A DNA stretch of 41,275 bases, from the NCBI GenBank assembly GCA_039936335.1, contig JBDTIQ010000116.1, positions 1-41,275 of the forward strand. Reading direction: 5' to 3'. Both the position numbers and the translations under genes were made by a program. This DNA comes from Chthoniobacterales bacterium (GTDB lineage: Bacteria > Verrucomicrobiota > Verrucomicrobiia > Chthoniobacterales > UBA10450). The notes beneath the pieces are model-generated. The model was not told the origin of the DNA, made no database searches, and worked only from the letters and a program-made list of their open reading frames with translations. This document shows positions 35,382 to 41,275 of the stretch, piece by piece; position 1 is the first letter of the stretch; each line of letters begins with the position of its first letter.

Positions 35382-37452
35382 GCTTCGTCCAACGATCGAC
35401 CCAGTCGTTCACGGTTTTATACCAGAGCTCGCTGTTCTGCGGCTTCAGAACCCAGTGGCCTTCATCGGGAAAATAGAGCATCTCCGACGGCACGCCGAGG
35501 CGCTGGAGAGTCGTGAAGAGATCGAACCCCTGCGAAACATCGAGCCGGTAATCGAGCTGCCCGTGCACGACTAGCGTCGGCGTTTTAAAATTCTCCGCCG
35601 AGAGCGCGGGTGACCACTTGCGATACATCTCCCGGTTTTTCCAAGGCGGCCCGCCGAATTCCTTCTCTGGAAACCAGAGTTCTTCCGTCGTGCCGTAAGC
35701 GGATTCGGTGTTGAAAATGCCGTCGTGCGTCACGAGACATTTGAAGCGGTCGGTGTGCCCGAGAATCCAATCGATCATGTAACCGCCGTAGCTCGCGCCG
35801 AGCGCGGCTTCGCGATTTTTGTCGATGAACGGGAAGGCCTTCTCTGCGTAATCGAGCCCTTGCATGAGATCGTGAAACGGCGTGCCGCCCCATTGGTTGA
35901 TCACGCCTTCGGTAAACTTCTGGCCATAACCGGTCGAGCCGCGCGGATTCACCATCACCACGACGTAGCCGTTCGCGGCAAAGAGTTCCGGGTTCCAGCG
36001 GAACGACCAATCATCGCCCCACGCGCCCTCCGGCCCGCCGTGGATAAGGAATTTCACGGGATACTTTTTGCTCGCGTCGAAATCGGGCGGCTTTACGAGA
36101 AAGCCCTGAATCTCCACGCCGTCGGAAGCCTTGAACTGGAACGGCTCGAGTGGCTGCAGCGCCACTTGCGCGAGCGTTGCGTCATTCACGCGCGTGACGG
36201 CGACGGGCTCGCTCTTTGCTGACACGTCGAGGCGCCAGATTTCGTTAGGCGCCTTGATCGAGTTGCGGCTGAAGTAGAGAAACTTCCCAGCCGGTCCGAA
36301 GACGAGGTCGTCCGCGTGCAGGCGCGTGAGTTCGTTAGGCTGCTTTGCGTTCAGAGGCAGCTGATAGATCGGCGCCTCGCCGTGATCTTCCGCGCTGAAG
36401 TAGATCGACTGCGAATCGTTCGCCCAAACAAAGCTGCCGACCCAGCGATCGAAATCCTGCGTTGCGATCCGAATCTTTCCCGAGCTCCGATCGTAGATCG
36501 CGAGGGTAAAGCGATCGCTTTCGTAACCGGCTCGCGCCTGCGAGAGCCACGCGATCGACTTGCTATCCGGAGAGTAGCGTGGCGTCGAGTCGCTGCCGGG
36601 ACTGGTCGAAATTTTCTTCGGCGCACTGCCAGCGAGCGGGACGAGAAAGATGTCGTTGTTCGTGCTCGTCGCGCCGACTTTGTCGGTGTTGCAGGTGTAG
36701 GCGAGTTGCTGGCCGTCGGGTGAAATGGCATACATGTCCGAGCCGCCTAACGAGAAAGGCGGAACATCGTGATCGCCCGGGGTGAGGTCGCGCGGTGTTG
36801 CGGGCGACACGCCGGCCTCTACGCCGACGACAAAGAGATGGCTGCGCTTGAAATCCGTGTACTCCGTCCAATGCCGGAAAAGCAGGTGCTTGAAGATCTT
36901 CGCCTTCACCTTGCTCTTCTTCAGTTCCTCGTCGCGCTGCTGGTTGCAGGCGTCGTCTTTGCAGTCAGGATAAACGCGCGAGATGAAGACGATATTCTTC
37001 CCATCGGGCGACCAGATCGCGCCGTCCGCGCCGGTTGAGAGCGAGGTCACTTGGTGCGCCGTCCCATTTAATTTCCCGGCGGCCGGATCGAAGTCGACCA
37101 TCCAGACCTGAGTGGGATCAGTCGCTTTCGAAGTGAAGATCAATCGCTGGCCGTCAGGTGAAAATCGTGGGCGTTCCTCCTCGTTAGGCGAATCGTTCAG
37201 GCGGCGCGCCTCGCCACCTTCGGCCGGGACGATCCAGAGATGTGATTTCCGCGTGTTTTCCGCCAGCCTTACCTCCGTCGCCGAGAAGACGACCCATTTG
37301 CCGTCAGGCGACGGGATTGGTTCGCCGAGACGTTTCAGTTTCATCATCGTCTCGAAGTCGAACGGCTTTTTGCCGGCGCCTTGTTCGTTAGGCGCAGCGG
37401 AGAGTGGCAACGCGGAAGCGATGAGCGCGAGGGTCATAAGGAGTTTTTTCAT
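35377..37452 (-). CDS. S9-family serine peptidase (beta-propeller plus prolyl-oligopeptidase/DPP-type alpha/beta hydrolase domain)
   Basis: Signal peptide, PDG-type propeller blades, and nucleophile elbow LGASYGGYM. The catalytic region ends ...YFPDEGHWV. The TAG stop lies in the terminus of a palindromic element. Confidence 0.85.
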   Translation of the reverse strand: MKKLLMTLALIASALPLSAAPNEQGAGKKPFDFETMMKLKRLGEPIPSPDGKWVVFSATEVRLAENTRKSHLWIVPAEGGEARRLNDSPNEEERPRFSPDGQRLIFTSKATDPTQVWMVDFDPAAGKLNGTAHQVTSLSTGADGAIWSPDGKNIVFISRVYPDCKDDACNQQRDEELKKSKVKAKIFKHLLFRHWTEYTDFKRSHLFVVGVEAGVSPATPRDLTPGDHDVPPFSLGGSDMYAISPDGQQLAYTCNTDKVGATSTNNDIFLVPLAGSAPKKISTSPGSDSTPRYSPDSKSIAWLSQARAGYESDRFTLAIYDRSSGKIRIATQDFDRWVGSFVWANDSQSIYFSAEDHGEAPIYQLPLNAKQPNELTRLHADDLVFGPAGKFLYFSRNSIKAPNEIWRLDVSAKSEPVAVTRVNDATLAQVALQPLEPFQFKASDGVEIQGFLVKPPDFDASKKYPVKFLIHGGPEGAWGDDWSFRWNPELFAANGYVVVMVNPRGSTGYGQKFTEGVINQWGGTPFHDLMQGLDYAEKAFPFIDKNREAALGASYGGYMIDWILGHTDRFKCLVTHDGIFNTESAYGTTEELWFPEKEFGGPPWKNREMYRKWSPALSAENFKTPTLVVHGQLDYRLDVSQGFDLFTTLQRLGVPSEMLYFPDEGHWVLKPQNSELWYKTVNDWVDRWTKP

Positions 37453-37468
37453 AGATGCTTCGATTTCA

Positions 37469-39295
37469 CTAATCAGCGAATAGCTCGACCGCGTCGATTA
37501 ATGAATCCGCGATCGATTCCTTCGAGATCCAGCGCTGGATTCCGGCCGCCGGATCGTCTTTCGGCCCGGGCGCAACAAGGAAAACCTCCGTGCCGTTCAG
37601 CCGCAGTTTGGCCAGAATCTCGAAGACGGAGGTGTCGCCGCTGATTACTGCATAATTCTCTGAAAGGATCTCCGCCAACGTCGTCTCGGCCCGCGGCCGA
37701 TGGATCGCCTGCAAGGCCATGCTCATCGTGATGACACCCGTGATTTTGTTCTCCTCCATCACCGCGAAACAAGCGTCCGTCGGATACGACGGCAGCGTGA
37801 TCGCGAGCTCCGGCAGTGTCATCGCGGCCGGTAGCCTAACGACTCCCGCATGCGTCAACTCGCGCGCCGGTTTCATGTATTGAATGTTGGCCTGCATCGC
37901 GTTCGGCATCCGATGTCCGCGGCGCGCGAGCTTGAGCGTGTAGATGCTCTCGTTCGAAAGCATCTTCCGCACGCCATAGGCGATCGCGACCGTGATCGTC
38001 ATCGGCACGACCACGCCGTAATCGAGCGTCATCTCAAAAATCATGACGATCGCGGTAATGGCGGCGCCGGTTGTGCCGCCGACGGTGCCGGCCATTCCGA
38101 CAACCGCGAAGGCCGCTGGGCTGATTTCCATCCCCGGAAAAATCGCCTGAAGCAGAATGCCATAGGCGCTGCCTAACGTGGCCCCGAGGAAGAGTGCCGG
38201 CGAAAAGACGCCGCCCGAAGCGCCCGAGCCAAGCGTGAGCGAGGTCGCGAAAAGTTTGAGCGCGAAAAGCAAGAGCAGGAACCAAAAGGAGTGCATCGTT
38301 CCGGAGAGAACCTGTTGAATGGTCGCATAACCGACACCCTCAATGTGATACGCACCCGTCTCGCGCATCAGCAGGTAGATCACAATCCCGAGAAGCAACA
38401 TGCCGCTCGTGTGGCGCAGGTAGGGATTACGAATCCGCGCCTCGAAAAAGTCCTCGAAAGCGTAGATCGAGCGAATGTAGAGCACCGAGACGAGACCGAT
38501 GAGCAGACCCAGTCCGACATACGCGAGGAGCAGAAGCGGATGGGTGAGGTGGAAATAATCCATCCTTAAATCTGGGATGGCGAAGGCCGGGTTCGGCCCA
38601 AAAAAGTAGCGCCCGACATAGCTCGCGCTCGCCGTCGAGATCACGACTGGGACGAGCGTCCAGACGCTGATCTCGTGCAGCAAAAGCTCCGCGGCGAAAA
38701 GCACGCCACCGATCGGCGTATTGAAGGTCGCGGCGATGCCCGCACCGGCGCCGGCGGCGATCAAGGTGGTGCGTTGCCAAGCCGGGATGCGCAGCCATTG
38801 ACCCACGCTCGAGCCAAAGGCCGCGCCGATCTGAATGATCGGTCCTTCGCGCCCAACCGAGCCGCCGCTGCCGATCGAGAGCGCGGACGCGAGCGACTTA
38901 ATAACCGCCACAACCGGCCGAATCACGCTCTTGTTGTAATAGATCGCGTCCATCACTTCCGGCACGCCGTGCCCGCGCGCTTCCGGCGCGAAAGTCTGGA
39001 CCAGCCAGGTCACGCCGATCGCGCCGAGCACCGGGACGAAGATGATGAGCGCGCCCCACGGACTCGGCGGGGTGTGGACATTCGACGCGTAAAAGAACGA
39101 AAATTTTCCGAGAAAAAAGAAGTTGTGGAAACCAGCGATCATCCCGCGGAAGACGACCGCGCCGAGACCGCCGACGAGGCCGATCACGACTGCAAGCAAC
39201 CAGAACAGGAGCGGCTTGAGCGGAACTTTTTTGCGCACGCGCGAACCGGTCGGTCCGCGGCCGGTGGGCGAAATTTCCGCCGCCTGCTCAACCAC
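37469..39295 (-). CDS. ClC-family voltage-gated chloride channel/antiporter with C-terminal CBS pair
   Basis: Selectivity motifs GSGGSVGREGP, GVLFAAE and GGVFSPALF, with a C-terminal CBS-like region. Only 16 bp separate it from the downstream S9 peptidase gene. Confidence 0.85.
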   Translation of the reverse strand: MVEQAAEISPTGRGPTGSRVRKKVPLKPLLFWLLAVVIGLVGGLGAVVFRGMIAGFHNFFFLGKFSFFYASNVHTPPSPWGALIIFVPVLGAIGVTWLVQTFAPEARGHGVPEVMDAIYYNKSVIRPVVAVIKSLASALSIGSGGSVGREGPIIQIGAAFGSSVGQWLRIPAWQRTTLIAAGAGAGIAATFNTPIGGVLFAAELLLHEISVWTLVPVVISTASASYVGRYFFGPNPAFAIPDLRMDYFHLTHPLLLLAYVGLGLLIGLVSVLYIRSIYAFEDFFEARIRNPYLRHTSGMLLLGIVIYLLMRETGAYHIEGVGYATIQQVLSGTMHSFWFLLLLFALKLFATSLTLGSGASGGVFSPALFLGATLGSAYGILLQAIFPGMEISPAAFAVVGMAGTVGGTTGAAITAIVMIFEMTLDYGVVVPMTITVAIAYGVRKMLSNESIYTLKLARRGHRMPNAMQANIQYMKPARELTHAGVVRLPAAMTLPELAITLPSYPTDACFAVMEENKITGVITMSMALQAIHRPRAETTLAEILSENYAVISGDTSVFEILAKLRLNGTEVFLVAPGPKDDPAAGIQRWISKESIADSLIDAVELFAD

Positions 39296-39375
39296 GGCGG
39301 GAAATTTCCATCGCCGAAAATCGGCCGCTGCGGGAGAAGCGCAACCGAATCGGTGGATTGACTCCAGAGCGCGCG

Positions 39376-40482
39376 ATGCACGAGACTCGCACGATGGAAT
39401 GCCCGATGAACTCCGAGCGCGTGGCGCAATACTACCCCGATTATCTCGGGCTCAAGGGACTGCTCGAATTGCAAAAACCCCTCAGCTTGCGCGAGGGGAA
39501 GCTGATCGCGCACGATGAGATGCTCTTCATCATCATCCACCAGGCCTACGAGCTTTGGTTCAAGCAAATCCTGCACGAGGTCACCGCCTGCAAGGAAGTC
39601 ATGAGCAAACCGGAAGCCGATGACAACGGAGCCGATATGAACCTTGTGGTGCATCGGCTCGATCGCGTCGTCGAAATCTGGAAGCTGCTCAACCACCAGG
39701 TCGACGTTCTCGAGACCATGACGCCGCTCGATTTTCTTGAGTTCCGCGAGCTGCTCCACGGCGCCTCGGGTTTTCAGAGCCGGCAATTCCGCCAGATCGA
39801 GGCGTCGTTAGGCTTGAAGGTCGAGAGCCGGTTTCGGCCCGACTATTACAAGCACACGCGCTTCGGCGGCTTCAACGAAGCGGACATGGCGGAGATCACC
39901 GCGTTTGAAGAACAGGAGACGCTCCTCGGGTTGGTCGAGAAATGGCTCGAACGGATGCCGTTTTTCGGTGCGGAGTTCTGGCGCGATTGGGAGGAAGCGC
40001 CGGCCGATGCCAGCCAAAGTGAATACGCGCCTTTCTGGACTCGCTACCGTGGCCTTTACGAGCGGAGCCTCTCCGAGCGCGACGAGAAAGCCGTTCTGCT
40101 CGACCAGTTCGACGACATCTTCTTCCGCACCGGCTGGGGCGCGTTCCGGCCCGGCGCCCTGCGCGCCGCGCTCTTCATCATGCTCTATCGCGACGAGCCG
40201 ATCTTCCGTCTTCCGTTCGCGCTCCTGAACTCGCTCATCGAGATCGACGAACACCTGGGCAACTTCCGCTATCGGCACCTGCAAATGGTCCGGCGCATGA
40301 TCGGCTCACGCGTTGGCACCGGCGGCAGCAGCGGTCAGGAATACCTGCAGGGCGCGGTCAATAAGAATTATATCTTCAAAGAGCTGACCGGCATCACCAC
40401 TTACCTGATCGAGCGCTGCCATCTGCCCACGCTCCCGCCACGGCTCCGGCACGCTCTGCGCTTTAGCTTTTCTGGTCGTTAG
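39376..40482 (+). CDS. kynA: Tryptophan 2,3-dioxygenase
   Basis: YLGLKGLLELQKPLS...HDEMLFIIIHQAYELWFKQILHEV and the C-terminal GSRVGTGGSSGQEYL motif. Start choice is uncertain (TTG 39358; ATG 39376, 39394, 39406). Confidence 0.85.
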   Translation: MHETRTMECPMNSERVAQYYPDYLGLKGLLELQKPLSLREGKLIAHDEMLFIIIHQAYELWFKQILHEVTACKEVMSKPEADDNGADMNLVVHRLDRVVEIWKLLNHQVDVLETMTPLDFLEFRELLHGASGFQSRQFRQIEASLGLKVESRFRPDYYKHTRFGGFNEADMAEITAFEEQETLLGLVEKWLERMPFFGAEFWRDWEEAPADASQSEYAPFWTRYRGLYERSLSERDEKAVLLDQFDDIFFRTGWGAFRPGALRAALFIMLYRDEPIFRLPFALLNSLIEIDEHLGNFRYRHLQMVRRMIGSRVGTGGSSGQEYLQGAVNKNYIFKELTGITTYLIERCHLPTLPPRLRHALRFSFSGR

Positions 40483-40627
40483 GCCGCCATTCCTGATTGC
40501 CGAACCCCCGAAAGCGGTGGAACCAAAAAACATTGACTGTTTTCTTCGATTGTGAGCAATCTCGCTTTCGTCGCGGATTTAACATTAGGTAAAAATCTGA
40601 CGACACGAACCTCAAAGACCTCATAAA

Positions 40628-41275
40628 ATGAAAAATAAAAGAATCAGTTTGGGAATAGCGATCGTCGTTGCGGTCATCTCGACGATCTCCGCAAAAGCCA
40701 GTGTCCTTTACAGCACCCTCGGACCAAATGACGAATTTGATTCGACCAACGGTTACTTCGTCGACGGCTCGAACTTCAATAATCAGGTGATCGCCAGTCC
40801 CTTCACCGTCAGCTCCACGGCATCGCTTGCTGACGTGATGGTGGGATTGAATAACTTCGGGGGAAACAATAGCCCGATTAACCTGTTCATCGCCTCCAAT
40901 GCCAGCGGAATGCCGGGAAGCATCCTGGGCTCGCTCACACAGGCGGGGACGATTCCTCCATTCGGTAGCGAGACCCTAACCATGTTCACACCCGACAGCA
41001 GTCTGACCCTGTTGTCCGGCACGACCTATTGGCTGGTGGCGCAGGAGACCGATTCTGGCACCGAGCAAACTTGGGATTTCGCTTTTAACGACGCGGTCAA
41101 CGGTATCGCCTTTAATCAATTAGGTAGTACCACCGGACCATGGACCACCTTTACAGGGACCGACGTCGCCTTTCGGATCGACGGGCAAATGGGAGTCCCT
41201 GAAACCGGCAGCTCGTTCTTGCTTTTGGGAATCGGCGGTCTGGGATTGGCGGGGTTTGCCCGGCGGCGGTCTCGT
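40628..41275 (+). CDS. PEP-CTERM sorting-domain protein (stop lies just beyond window end)
   Basis: ATG at 40628 and signal peptide MKNKRISLGIAIVVAVISTISAKA. The C-terminus VPETGSSFLLLGIGGLGLAGFARRRSR is the PEP-CTERM motif plus TM plus Arg cluster. GC is visibly lower than in the rest of the window. It is in frame to the last base of the window. Confidence 0.8.
   Translation, partial: MKNKRISLGIAIVVAVISTISAKASVLYSTLGPNDEFDSTNGYFVDGSNFNNQVIASPFTVSSTASLADVMVGLNNFGGNNSPINLFIASNASGMPGSILGSLTQAGTIPPFGSETLTMFTPDSSLTLLSGTTYWLVAQETDSGTEQTWDFAFNDAVNGIAFNQLGSTTGPWTTFTGTDVAFRIDGQMGVPETGSSFLLLGIGGLGLAGFARRRSR

Noticed and set aside
1308-40483. Interpreting GCCTAACGA as a Chi-like or FtsK-orienting (KOPS) polar sequence.
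   Set aside because: Those signals are strongly skewed to one strand within a replichore. Here the orientation is 29:29 in a contiguous 41-kb stretch. A genome-wide check is still needed.

Overview
High-GC bacterial chromosomal window with about 32 protein genes, mostly housekeeping and envelope functions. I found no rRNA, tRNA, CRISPR array, transposase or integrase. Gene order: partial APC permease (-), family-B DNA polymerase, small secreted protein (-), TPR protein (-), exosortase fused to an EpsI-like domain, a 2069-aa tandem-duplicated UvrA-like ABC ATPase, lgt, a tolQ-tolR-tolA-like-tolB cluster, membrane protein (-), stand-alone ATP-dependent DNA ligase (-), unknown 203-aa protein (-), PAS histidine kinase, NtrC-type sigma-54 activator, GT39-like membrane glycosyltransferase, glmM, scpB, O-methyltransferase, PRC-barrel protein (-), LemA plus two TPM-domain proteins, rpoA-rplQ, YfcE-like phosphoesterase (-), DEAD-box helicase, S9 peptidase (-), ClC channel with CBS domains (-), tryptophan 2,3-dioxygenase, and a partial PEP-CTERM protein. 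The exosortase/PEP-CTERM content and the repeat families suggest a soil Verrucomicrobiota- or Acidobacteriota-like organism; that is inference only. Two DNA-level signals are the most interesting. (1) The asymmetric nonamer GCCTAACGA (reverse complement TCGTTAGGC) occurs about 58 times by hand count, roughly 1.4 per kb. It is split 29:29 between orientations and sits in all permissible reading frames inside genes. It also supplies the stop codons of five genes and forms a perfect inverted pair behind one gene, which resembles a DNA uptake or self-recognition signal. (2) At least five families of MITE/REP-like palindromic elements fill nearly every intergenic spacer. Three copies lie in frame inside the giant uvrA-like ORF. 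Element termini repeatedly donate stop codons and, in one case, a start codon to flanking genes.
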